From NCBI RefSeq assembly GCF_009914755.1, contig NC_060928.1: DNA of 64,000 nucleotides. The stretch is one strand, 5' to 3'. A program made the translations under genes and the position numbers. Below are positions 47,860-60,710 of this stretch, one piece after another. Below the pieces are notes generated by a model. The model was given only the letters and a program-made list of their open reading frames with translations, had not been told where the DNA came from and ran no database searches. Each line of letters begins with the position of its first letter. Within the stretch, counting starts at the first letter, position 1. This DNA comes from the human T2T-CHM13v2.0 reference genome, Homo sapiens.

Positions 47860-48540
47860 GTCTACCATTTCTTCACTCTATTCGTCATCTACAATCCCTT
47901 TGCTCTCTTGAGCCTTTCCTCTTTTTATTTTTTCCTGGCTTTCTATTTATCAGTATTGTACTAATCAAATAGCCAAGACAAAAATACGGTTGTCACCTTC
48001 CCTTTTACCGTTTCAAATCAGCTAACATCTCTTGTAGATCTCATTTTCTGATACTCTCTGGAACTAAGACAACTTTCAAGCTGTTGTTTTAGTTTAGGTG
48101 CGTGTCTTTCACCCAGCCTTGCCCGAACGACCTCATCTCTCTGTCTTAAGTAATCTCCTCCCACTTTGTCAATTTGATCTCCACAATATTGTCAGAGTTA
48201 TCTTTCTCACAAGTTTGTACTACTATTAATTTTTCTGGCCACAGTTTTTCAATGACTACTTATCATTGACTGTATATAGACCCATTAGCATAAGTGGTTG
48301 TACCTTCTGTCACTTCCAGCTACTTTATCCATAATAACACTTAAACCATTGTAGTTCATTAATGCTACATTATCTCACAGTTTTGTTTATTTGTAAAAGT
48401 TAGACCAGATATTTGATGTGCCCTCCTTAGATATGTTCCAGGCCATTCTTATTCCTCCAGTCTCATAAACTATCATTTCCTTTAACCATCTTCTTTATGC
48501 CTCTTGGGCGTATTTAGAAAGCCGTATCCTTATATACTAA
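47860..48540 (+). mobile_element. Degenerate L2
   Basis: Pyrimidine-rich L2-like motifs ('ctccacaatattgtcagagttatctttct'). Confidence 0.5.
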
Positions 48541-48584
48541 GTCATCTAATGCAGCAATATTGTTACTGTGAAAAGATAACAAAA

Positions 48585-48868
48585 GGCCAGGCTCGGTGGC
48601 TCACACCAGTAATCCCAGCAATTTGGGAGAACGAGAGAGGCGGATCACCTGAGGTCAGGAGTCCGAGACCAGCCTGGCCAACATGGTGAAACCTCGTCTC
48701 TACAAAAATAGGTGGGCACCTGTAGTACCAGCTACTTGTGAGGCTGAGGCAGGAGAATGGCTTGAACCCAAGAGGCGGAGGTTGCAGTGAGCCGAGATCG
48801 CCACTGCACTCAGCCTGGGCAACAGAACAAGACTCCGTCTCAAAAATAAATAAATAAAGAAATAAATA
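48585..48868 (+). mobile_element. Alu, AluSx-like, deletion at the monomer linker
   Basis: 'tctacaaaaata|ggtgggcacctgtag' lacks the start of the right arm; (AAAT)n tail. Confidence 0.95.
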
Positions 48869-49170
48869 ATGCATATCTCAGGGAACATCTATGAGAAAAA
48901 ATGTAGTGATGTATGCAAATTCTTTTAAACATAAGATACTCAGTGGGTGATAATAACTATTAAGGAGAGAAAGTATATTAAAGTTGTTAGAATATCGGCT
49001 TCACATTCAGGCAGATCCAGATTACTAGTTGTGCGACCACAAATAAGGTTCTTAATCTATATCAGATCCTTTAGCAGCAAAATGAGAATAATACCACTGT
49101 AGCTGACATTATGGCTGACTCCCACACCCATTCCACCTTCCCCAGCTCTAGGTAGAGATTATGCTAATTT

Positions 49171-49380
49171 CAGCGGTTTTAAAGCAAAGGTGAGTTTTGC
49201 CCTCTAGAGAAAATTCAGCTATGTCTGAAGACCTTCCTGATTGTCACAATTGTGAGTGTTACTGGCATCTAATAGGTAGAGGTCACTGTCGGATACACAT
49301 TCTACAGTGCATAGGAGAGCCCTCCAGAACAAAGAATTCTCTGGCTGAAATATCAGTTGTGTCAATGTTGAGAAACCTTG
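49171..49380 (+). mobile_element. MER20 (hAT-Charlie non-autonomous DNA transposon)
   Basis: cagcggtt...gagaaaccttg termini; 'ttgtcacaa..tactggcatctaataggtagagg..aacaaagaatt'. Confidence 0.9.
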
Positions 49381-49987
49381 GCCTAATAACAAACCATGAA
49401 TATCCCAGGCACTGTGCCAGTGTTAATACATTAGCATATGGCATTCTCCTACAGATAGGTATTTGTCCAGGGTGTATGTGTCTTACATTGATATAATTGG
49501 ACTTAAATGCAGAAATCATATTCAAGATTAAAATTTCTCCTTGTCTTCACCACTCTTCTCCCACCTTCAATCTCTTTACCTCTCCTTTCCTCCTCCTATC
49601 TCACTTTCCCATTTTCTACTCTCCCACTGAAACTGAAGAAAAAAGTCTGTAGCTCTGATTAATATCAACAGTCATCTTAAGACTGCAAGGTAAATCTGTT
49701 GTAATAGAGACAACAGAGAAAGTGATAGAATGAGTGTTGGAATTTGATTACTGTGTTGGCTTCTTTTTGAACTATCTCCCTTGCTAGACTACAAACCCCA
49801 TAAGATAAAACATGTATAATTTGTTCACCACGTGGTGCATAACACAGTATATGGCATATATAAGTGATGTAGAAAAGATAAATAATTGTTCTTCTGCTTT
49901 GCTTTTGTGTCTGTCTTTTCACAAGAGTAAGTTACTTAAGAATTTTCCTTTTTTCATCACAAAGATTAAATATTATTTGTTCAATCA

Positions 49988-50040
49988 TACACACACACAC
50001 ACGTACACACACACACAAAGAGAGAGAGAGAGGAGAGACA
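49988..50040. repeat. Compound (CA)n(GA)n microsatellite
   Basis: Direct reading. Confidence 0.9.
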
Positions 50041-51384
50041 GTAAAAAAAGAAAAAACAAGTATCATGGTATAGTGGAAGTTCAAAATATCTGAATAATAG
50101 CCTAATTTAATCTTGGCTTCTAATCTTGACCCTGTCTATTTTATATCACATCATAGAGTCGTCCATGAATGCAGGAATATTTTTCTATTTGGCAATGTTT
50201 TCCAAGTTCCAGAATAAGGAAAGTCTGGCATATACTTAGCACTCAATAAATTCTTAATGACACTCAATAAATTCTTAATGAATGAGTAAATATCACTTAC
50301 CTTTTCAGAGCTACAATTGTTAATAATACTTACCTTAAGGTTGTATTAGAATTCAATTAAATAAAGTAAGCTAAGTGTTGGATGCATTACAAATGTTCAA
50401 TACACATTAATTTATTTTCTTTCTTTGTTTTCCCAAATAATTTTCTGCTAGGAAACATCCCAGACAGCTGGATACTAATCAAGTGTACTAAATGGGTCAA
50501 ATTATCTGCATAATGAAAACAAACCCAAAAGGAATGACAGGTAGGGAAGAGAATAAAGCTTGTTGAGGCAAAAAGATTCCTTAATATATGTAGATACATC
50601 TAAATCAGTAATTTTATTTATATCTTTAAAAATATAGCCACTTCTTTGAAAACCACGGATGCAGTAAACACATACTACTTTCATAATATTTTTTTCCAGG
50701 TCAAGAACAATTGAATATGCATTATATGAATATCTGATCAGTCTATCAAAGAAGTAATGCACAATTGTTTAATTCATAAAACCAAATATTTTATGACTCT
50801 ACTTCAGTTTATTTGTTTTATAAAGAATTTGTATAACATGCCATTAACACAGATTACTGAAATTAATAGTTTTACCTTACATAGTTAACATAGAACATAA
50901 CATAGATATTAGCCAATCAGTCTATATATATTTGCACTTAGTAAAAAACTGTTCCATAGACTTATTGACATACTTAAAATTTTCAAGATTAGAGATAGTT
51001 TTTGAGACTGTTTTGTAGATAAATTAATTATTAATTTGTGGAAATTTCAGTATTTCACATTTTTATATGTCATGTATTTTATCAGAATAATTGTTGCAAC
51101 CAAAATTGTTAATTTCTCTGAATTTTCAAAAAGCAACCCAGCAAACCAAATAGGTACCTAGTTTCATTTTATGGATAACATAAACCTACATATATTATCT
51201 CATATAATATTCATGATATTTCACAATATATTATGAGGTACATAGGAATTAATGTTCTTCATTTTCAAGGAAAGAAACCACCTATTTAATGTTGAACAAA
51301 TGCTTGTTTGATCAAAGGCTTATTTGACCATCTGCAGACAGATTATTTCTTTTCCAAACTGATTTATTTGTTAATATAATGAGC

Positions 51385-51610
51385 ATATGTGTATTGAAGT
51401 TATGAGTAAGCAACAGATTTGAATCATAGCTCCTGCATCTATTAACTGTGTGACTTTGGGCAGGGAATAAATTTTACCATACCTCAAGGTAGATAATTAT
51501 AGTGTCTATCTCACAAGGTATTTGCATGAAATCTATCACTGTATTCTTGGAAAGCACAGAAACACATCTGACACATCATAAATGCATAGTCATGAAAGTT
51601 ATTATTATTA
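51385..51610 (+). mobile_element. MIR
   Basis: 'tttgaatc..agctc..taactgtgtgactttgggca..tctatctcacaagg'. Confidence 0.8.
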
Positions 51611-51632
51611 ATTCAAAAACATAATAAAATAA

Positions 51633-51917
51633 TTTTTTTAATTTTTTTTTTTTTAGACAGGGTCTTGCTCTGTCACCCAGGCCTGAGTGCAGTGGTGTGA
51701 TCTCGGCTCAGCCTGCTCAGTAGCTGGGACTATAGGCACACACCACCACATCTGGCTAGGCTTTGTAGTTTGTTTTTTTGTTTGTTTTTTTTTTTTTTTT
51801 TTTTTGTAGAGACAAGGATTCACCATGTTGTCCAGGCTGGTCTCGAACTCCTGGGCTGTACCTGCCTTGGCCTCCCAAAAGTACTGGGATTATAGGCATG
51901 AGCCATTGTGCCCAGCC
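51633..51917 (-). mobile_element. Alu, old, with internal deletions and expanded middle A-tract
   Basis: Antisense dimer, T-tracts at 51633-51654 and 51768-51805. Confidence 0.93.
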
Positions 51918-52184
51918 TAAAGTTAACTTTTCAACTGCTAAACTGATTTTGTTTGTAAATTTCACAACTACGTATTTTGTTTTTACCAGAATATATTGCT
52001 TAGTTGAAAAATAAAATGTATTGAGTTTTAGAAGTGTCTTTCACACCCTAATGCAGTGGCTTTAAAAATGCCTAATGGTCTTCTAGAGACCTTCAAAAAT
52101 TTTCACATTTCTGGACTCCTTTCCAAAAGTTTTTGATCCAGGAAGTACTGGCCAAGGCTATATTGATAGTATTCAACTTCCTGG

Positions 52185-52330
52185 TTCATTCATAACTCAG
52201 CAAATACGATGGAACATTTACTACACGCCAGGCACTATTTTTGGCACTTATGATAAGAGTGGCGAATAAGAAAGACAAAACGTATTGAGTATCAAGAGTG
52301 ACAGACGAAGGCAAATTCAGACTGAAGTTA
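52185..52330 (-). mobile_element. L2 3' end
   Basis: 'ttcattca..cagcaaatac..tactacacgccaggcactatt..gaataagaaagacaaa'. Confidence 0.7.
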
Positions 52331-53127
52331 GGTGAGCGATAAAGGGCTGAGACCAGCTTAGTAGCCATTAAACAGAAAGAATATACAGATGTCTGCTACT
52401 GTTTGCATGTAAAGTTTTATAAAAGAATTGAAGTTTGAGAGAAACTGAGGAACAAAAACTATAAGGATTATGTTTTTTATTTGAGAAACAATTAATTATA
52501 TGTACATGTATGAATTTTGATGATTCTGTTTTATTGACTGAAATAAAGGAGACTCAAGATGGGATAGATTGGAATGAGAGGGGAAAAAAGGACTCTATTT
52601 TGAACACACTGTGCTTGAAACATGTTAGAAATACATATAGTAATGTTAAAGACAAAAATATTCTGGAACTATAGAAAAAAGTTGGGGCTAGAGACAAAAT
52701 GTGTGCTTCACCAGAGTATTTTTGCAGGTTTCTAAATTTTTCTGAGAGTCTAACTGTTAAGAGGCAAAAGATAGCCACACTCATCCTAAGAAGCAAGGAG
52801 TGTAGCCTATTTAACCTTGGGTCAGGTGCCCTGCCCTGGCCCAATCAGGTGGGGCCCTAGACCCTGCACACCTAATATGGCCTCTTTGGGAAAAGGATAG
52901 AATAGTTGCTTGGTGCATTTATAAATGTCTGTAAGCAGATTTCACAATGATGAATAACAGTAGTAAATATTATGCAGAAAACTCCAAAGAACCTACTATC
53001 AGTACGCCCTTTAGGGTTAACAGTCAAAAAGAAAAGAAATAGACATACAAGAGCGACATATAAAATTACCAACTCAAATATAAAATTATTGCAATAATTT
53101 TGTTACAATAATAAAATTATTTCCTTA

Positions 53128-53216
53128 GTTCCTTCCTTCCTTCCTTCCTTCTTTCCTTCCTTCCTTCCACCCTCCCTCCATCCCACACTCCTTCCTTCCC
53201 TTCCTCTCTTCCTCCA
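53128..53216. repeat. (CCTT)n-type polypyrimidine repeat
   Basis: Direct reading. Confidence 0.95.
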
Positions 53217-53299
53217 TTTTTCCCATAATAAAAGATATTTAAATATATATATATATACTGTATAATCTAGTTGCCATATGTCCACTACTTATTTTAAAC

Positions 53300-54430
53300 A
53301 AGAGAACTTTAAAACATTTCCTATATTTTGAAGCACCTCAATGCCTGCATTATCAATTATTTTTAATTCATTTGCTTCTATTCATACTTTCTCACGCAAA
53401 AATATACTAGATATGTTTTAATTTTGCATTTTTAACTTTATGGAAAATAAATCATACCACACAATATTTTTGTTGTTCACCACTTTTTTGCTCGTTCATT
53501 TATTGAATGTGGCTATAGTGCATTCATTTTCACTTCAGTACAGTGTTTTAGTTGTGTGACTGTATTGTAGTTTGTCTTTTGTGTTGTGAAATTATATTTG
53601 GATTCTTTCTAGATTGTTGTTGCTATGATATGCAATTTTAGAATAAGCATTCTTGCATATTTCTCTTAGTATATGGAAGGTATTATTCTCTGTACTGTAT
53701 GCTTTGATATGGTACTATTGTGTTATTGAGTATGAATATATTTAAATATATTAGATGATACAAACTTATGTTCTAAAGGTGCTGTTTAATTTAGTCTCCT
53801 AACAGCAGTGAATATAATTTATCATTAATCTATATCGTCTCAAACTTTTGCTATTTTTAATGTTATAGACATTAAGAATGTTTGACATTCTTAGCTCTCT
53901 TAAGGCTTTTTTAAAATTAGGTTTACTTTTACTCTTGAGACATTAATCTACCTATTAATAATAATTGCTGTTCTGTTTCAGTTAATATGTTTTATATTTC
54001 TGTCTGCTTTTAGAACTTTAATATTTTCTTCTGAGTTTTCACAATCATGTATTTTGGGGTGGATCTCATTTATTAATTCTTTTGGAGGATATTGCACTAC
54101 TGGAATCTGATAATTCTTGCTTTTCCTAAATTCTGGAAAAAAATTAGCCATTTTATTTCTGAATATTATATCCCTCATGCTCTCCACAGCTTCCTTCCAG
54201 AATATATTTTAGATTTTTTTTTTTTTTTTTTTACTTTCTTACTCTATTTTTCTTCTCTCAGAATCTTTGATGATTTCCATCTCTTTGTCTGTGCTACATT
54301 CAGGGTAGTACCTTGGGGTATACGTTTGAGTTGATGAATCTTCTTTTCGGCTGCGTTTAAACTGCCATTTAACCTTTTCATTAACTTTTTTGTAATATTA
54401 ATTATAGTATGCATCCCATAAATCATGTAA
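53300..54430 (-). mobile_element. Ancient L1-type remnants: L1ME-like 3' end (53300-53870) and ORF1-like segment (53950-54430)
   Basis: Minus-strand peptides LNGSLNAAEKKIHQL and KMANFFPEF..YQI resemble ancestral ORF1p (LNSRLDTAEERISEL; IMAENFPNL..LQI). Confidence 0.6.
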
Positions 54431-54809
54431 ACAAATTAATGTATTTTAGGCATAAATTCCCAGGCATGAATTCATAATTGGTGAAGCTAACTAATGAACA
54501 TATTCGTTATTCAAGCCAGAAAGTGTTGAATATTTGTCTATTACTTTTATATTATTTTCTTGCTATGAGTTATGTATACATACATATATACACACACACA
54601 CGCCATCTATAAATTCTAGAGTTTCTATGTAATTTAAAACTGCTTATTTCTACAACTTTTGTTCTTTCATCACATTTTTAAAAACCTTTTGAATATATGA
54701 AAAGTATACTTTGATATTGTATATCTACAGATATTATTACTTTTTCCCTTGTCTTGTTTGTTCCCGTTCAGATTCTCTTGTTTTAGTATTTGGAATATAT
54801 TCTTTTATT

Positions 54810-55356
54810 TGGAGGCAGGGAACCCAAGGCTGTTTAAGGCCAACTTCCTAGAACTAAATTGAAAGGAAAACTCTAACTTTCCACGCCTAAGTAACAAAAG
54901 TGCCAGAGGCTACTCCCCTTGAGTTTTTATGCAGGGCAAATAGGAAATTGGCTGTCCCCAACAAATCAGGCTGATTGCGGGTAGAGTCTTCCTTTGCAAA
55001 TTTGTAACTTCACCCTAGCCTCTGGTTGGTTGCTTTTTGCAACCAATCAGATGCTTGCACAGGAGTGTGACCTTTGTAACTTCTCTTCATCTTCCGGTTG
55101 GCTGCTTTCTGCAACCAATCAGACTGATGGCAGACTACCACTTCAGTTTCATGAGATGAACGTGAAGTGGCCAATGGGAAACCTCTAGGGAGTATTTGAA
55201 CCCAAGGAGATTCTGTATCCGGGCCCTTGAGCCACTGGTCGGGTCCGCTCGCACACTGTGGAGTGTACTTTTCGTTTTCAATAAATCCCTGCTTTCGTTC
55301 CTCTGTTGCTTCATTCATTCTTTCTTTGCTTTGCTGGATGTTTTGACCAATTCTTA
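54810..55356 (+). mobile_element. ERV1 LTR, MER51-like, both termini missing
   Basis: 'tggaggcagggaacc.aaggc..cttcctagaactaaat..actttccacgcctaagtaacaaaag'; repeated ccaatcag boxes; aataaa near 55280. Confidence 0.85.
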
Positions 55357-56243
55357 ATGGTATGACTCTTGATTTTATGTGGCTTTCCTTTTTACATGAC
55401 CTTTTCCCCTAACTTGATTGGCTCAATGTCACCAGGCTTTGGCCAATACTGGGGGCATCAGAGATTTTTTTCACAATTTTGAATTCTCACTATTACTTTG
55501 TTTTTGGTTGATGCTTTTTTTGTGCAATCTGTTTGATCTACAAAAGTGGTTTGGGTTTTAGGTGGCATTAGGTTTTAATTTGGACAATTGTTTCTCAACA
55601 ACCACAGCATACAACCACAAATGAAAGTCATTCTTTCTAAACCTTAGAAATTTTTTAATCCATGCATATCTTCTCATTTCTAGTATAACAACACTCATAA
55701 AGATGTAAAGATATAAAATTTGTTATACATTTGTTGCAAATTAAATGTTGATAAAAATACGTATTTATCAGACATAAATCCAAGCAAAAATATCCTTCTC
55801 ATTCCTTGAATGCTACATTAAAATGTGAAAAGTGGATTACAATTTACTAAATAAATTCTCAAAAATGCCCCAATGACATTTTTTAGGAAACCTTTATCAC
55901 TCTATTTTGAATATTTTGTAGAATATGCATACATCATTCAAATGAATGTTTGACTGTATTTTCTACATTATAATCAAGAGGAAACATTAAATTATGTTTT
56001 ATCAATGAGGAAACATTAAGTAAAGAGAAAAAATTTCAAGTGATTATTAGATTAGCACTGTATACCTTTGTAACATACTTAAATATGTTGGGCCAATGGC
56101 ACTTTTGGACAGCTATTCATCTTAAAATAACGCCTCACAAAAAGTTACTTTGTTACAATGTAGTTTTTACATTTCTTGTTTTTAAAGATGGCTAATCAAA
56201 CCTTCATATTACAGTAACTTGTGTTTTAAAAAACGAGAGTACT

Positions 56244-56409
56244 GGCTACACGCGGTGGCTCATGCCTATAGTGCCAGATACGTGGGAAGCTGAAATGGAA
56301 GAACTGCTGGAGCCCAGGGATTCAAGGCTGCAGTAAGCTATGATCACACCACTGCACTCCAGCCTGGGTGACAGAGAAAGATTCTGTCTCTTTTAAAAAA
56401 AGAGAAAAA
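56244..56409 (+). mobile_element. Alu monomer (FRAM/FAM-like)
   Basis: Single ~150-bp arm ending 'gcctgggtgacagag..tgtctc' with A-rich tail. Confidence 0.85.
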
Positions 56410-56553
56410 TATAGAGGTTTTATTTTATTTAATTTTTTAATAGTAGCTTCATTATTTCCTATTATATATTACTACAGAAAGTGCACAATGTTGTTATAAA
56501 CAAGAATCATATGTAATATTGTATTTATATTTGTATTAAAAATTACTATGATA

Positions 56554-57057
<504 letters not shown>

Positions 57058-57212
57058 ACTATTTTACAGATAAAATAGTAGAAAAAATATTTTTACTAAG
57101 TGGAAAAATATTTTAACTATTCCTATAATATACATTTAAATTTTGCATAGTTCACAATTTTAAAAAAACTTCAGTAATATTTTTGACATACAACTTATTA
57201 AAAATTAATCCA

Positions 57213-57607
<395 letters not shown>

Positions 57608-58549
57608 ACCAATATTCTGTTTTTTAGGTGCATATATTTATATTAAAAATCTTTTTTTTTACTTATATAGATTTACAAATGTATTTATGTGTGTCTTAAA
57701 GCACAAATTAAAGTACAGCAAAAAGTTTGAATCCCACATAAAAAATTTTCTGCTCTTGAAAGAAAATAAACAGATATATTCAACACACGGAACTAAGTAA
57801 CATCTGGAATATTACTTAGATATTATTTGAATATTAACCATTTAAATGAGAAGTGCTATACTTCCTAAATTGCCTTTTAAAATTATGAGTCACAGTTTAT
57901 TTGTACTTCCGTAACCACGAATAATATTATGTTATTTCCTCTCTTCTCTTTTCTACTTGGGTTGCGATTATGAGAATAATAATGAATATGCATATGTATT
58001 ATGGTTTGACGATTTGAGAAGCTCAAATCCAAGAGCTTTGCAAATATTGTTGGGAATTATTTTTACTTTAATAGTCTATGTAATTTCATCAATTCTTTAT
58101 TTGCTAGTTCATATAATACCGCAGATCAGATGATTATAGGACCTACTGACTTTGATAAACAGATAATAACCTAAACTTTATAAAGGAAACAACCTTCTTT
58201 GTTTATTTACATTTCATATCCTAAAAGATATATTTTTAAATATAATAAGAAAATACAACGTTAGAATTGTGAAATTTAAGAGTAAGAAAAAATAAGGGTA
58301 ATAAGGTCTGATTATGAATTGTAAAATAGAATAGAATATCCCTAGTAGCCAACACCAAAAGTGAAACATCAGGTTTACTATATATTAGTGTTCCTGAAAA
58401 GATCACATTTTAATGAAATTAAATGCCCATTTCTATGGTTATTATATTTAAATACAATTAATGATAACGATAGCAAATTCTAGAAATGTTCTGTCTATAT
58501 AAAATCACAATTAATTTTTCCATCCATTGTTTAATATGAATGTTATCAT

Positions 58550-59600
58550 TCCCAGCTTACATATGATGCTACTGGGCTCAGAAATTTCTATATTCTGGTG
58601 ATTCTCAATTTTTGTCTGCAATTATGACTTGTCTCCTAAATGTAAAATTTACATACTGTATTTCTCACTCAAAATCTCCACTTAACTATTTAATACTCAC
58701 TCCCAAAAGCAAACTATGTCTTTCTTCCTCTCCTGAGTTTTCTCATTTTCTTACTTAGGTGAATAGCTGGCCAGTTTCTGAGATCTGGAACCTTGGTGAT
58801 ATTACCAACATCTCTCTGTCTCATCTGTTGCCTCATTAGACCTGTAGCAAATCCTGTTGGATTTACTTTCAAATTATATCCATAATCCAAGAATTTCTTC
58901 ACACCTCCATTGCTATAAAATTGCTTTAAACAAGCCCCATCTCTCACCTAGTGTCTACACCAACCCCTGTAATAGCTTCCTACCTGGGCCATTTCACTCA
59001 TTTTCCTCAATCTGCAAATTATTCATGACACAGGAGCCAAACAATTGTTTTAAAGCCTAAATTTCTTCACGATGCTTTCCCAGGCAAAGCATTAGCATAC
59101 TTTCCCAGGCAAAGCATTCCAGTGACTTCCTTTCACGTAAAGAAATAAAATCCAGACTTCATACCAAAGTATGCAAATCTCCGCAAGAGCCTGTCTCTGT
59201 CAGTTCTGGAACATCATCTCCATTCAGTCTCTCCTTCCTCACTCTTGTCCCACACAGACACATAGTTATTCTCCAAATACATCCAATATGCCACCACCTC
59301 AGAACCTTTTCAAGCTCTCTGCCTTATGTCTTGAACTTTATTTTCCTGTATGTGACTTGACTAGCATCCCTCACTTCATTCAGTCTGCTCCAGTGTCATC
59401 TTATGTGAAGGACCGTCTGAGAACTACAAACATTATCTTCCTCCTCCAACCCTGGGACACTTCCCTATCACTTCCCCTTGCTTACACTTACCACTATCCA
59501 GCATATTTTATAGTTATCTATAATATTTCCTTAAATCTATTCTCTCTCAGTAGATTGATAGCTCCATGGGAGCAACAGAATTTTTTCTCTCACCTGATTC
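58550..59600 (+). mobile_element. L2 (L2a-like)
   Basis: 'gcaaatcctgttgg.tttactttcaaa.tatatcc.taatc', 'gtaatagcttcctacctgg', 'agctccatgggagca'. Confidence 0.85.
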
Positions 59601-60084
59601 TCTGATGTTAATCTCTTAAATGTTAATTTGAATTACTACTTAAAGGTGAGTTGTTAATCATGTCAGTAGACATCTTTCTCAAGATGCTTAGTCACATCAG
59701 CCAAGCCCCTTTTTTGAGATATTCCATGTTTTCCATACATTCACACTTTCCACGATTAAGTCCTAGGTATATTTGGCTAGGTGTGGGGGAGAAAAAGGAG
59801 GCACTGGAGTGGTGGTAATGGTAAAGGTAAATTTTACTGCATGCAAATTTTAAATATTTAATCCTTGGGTGTTCCATGATATAGTCATTTGTGACATTTT
59901 GATGAATGAAACTTCATAAAATTTGATTTTGAAAGAAAATTAATATTAATATTAATGTTTAATATTTTAATAAATCTAACATTATTTCATTTACCACACT
60001 CAGAAACCATAATTATTAAATATAACAGAACTTGGAGTTCTGTCTACATAATATTTGTCATTCATAAAAAAACAAACTCATATA

Positions 60085-60710
60085 TCATTGAACTGGAAAC
60101 TGGTACAGACACTCTGGAAAACAGTTTGGCAGTTCCTTAATAAATTAAACTAACTATGACCTTAACGTATACTTTCTTGACCTAGCATAAACATTCCAAG
60201 ACATTCACCTTGGACAAATAAAAATGTATGTCCACACAAAACCATGTACATGAATGTTTATAGCTGTTTTACTCCTAATTGACAAAATAGAGAAGCAGCC
60301 TAACTGTCCTTCAACAAAAGAATGGATAAACTGTACAACATTCACACAGTGAAATACCACTCAACAATGCAAAGAAACAAATTATTGGTAGACACACACT
60401 GTAAGTTAATTTCAAATACTTTATGCTTAGTGAAAGAAGCCATTTTCAAATGGCCCCATACTGTAGGACTCTATCCATATGACTTCTGGAGAAGGCAAAA
60501 CTATAGGGACAGAGATTATACCAGTAGTTGCCATGAGGCAGGAATAAAGAGAAGATGTGATCATAAAGCCTCAGCAAAGGAAATTTTTTTGAGTGAGGGA
60601 ACTGCTCTGTATCCTAAATATGATGGCTGTTACACAAATCTATACATATAAGAAAGCACAGTAGAAGGGTGCGATAAAGGTAAATTTTACTGTATATAAA
60701 TGTAAAAAAT
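60085..60710 (+). mobile_element. L1ME-type 3' end
   Basis: 'tggtacagacactctggaaaacagtttggcagttcctta', 'tatgtccacacaaa..catgtaca.gaatgtttatagc', 'ggcaaaactataggga', 'aattttactgtatataaat'. Confidence 0.88.

Noticed and set aside
49540-49695. Polypyrimidine tract followed by AAG|gtaaat as a micro-exon
   Set aside because: Weak acceptor context, low-complexity tract, no supporting exons
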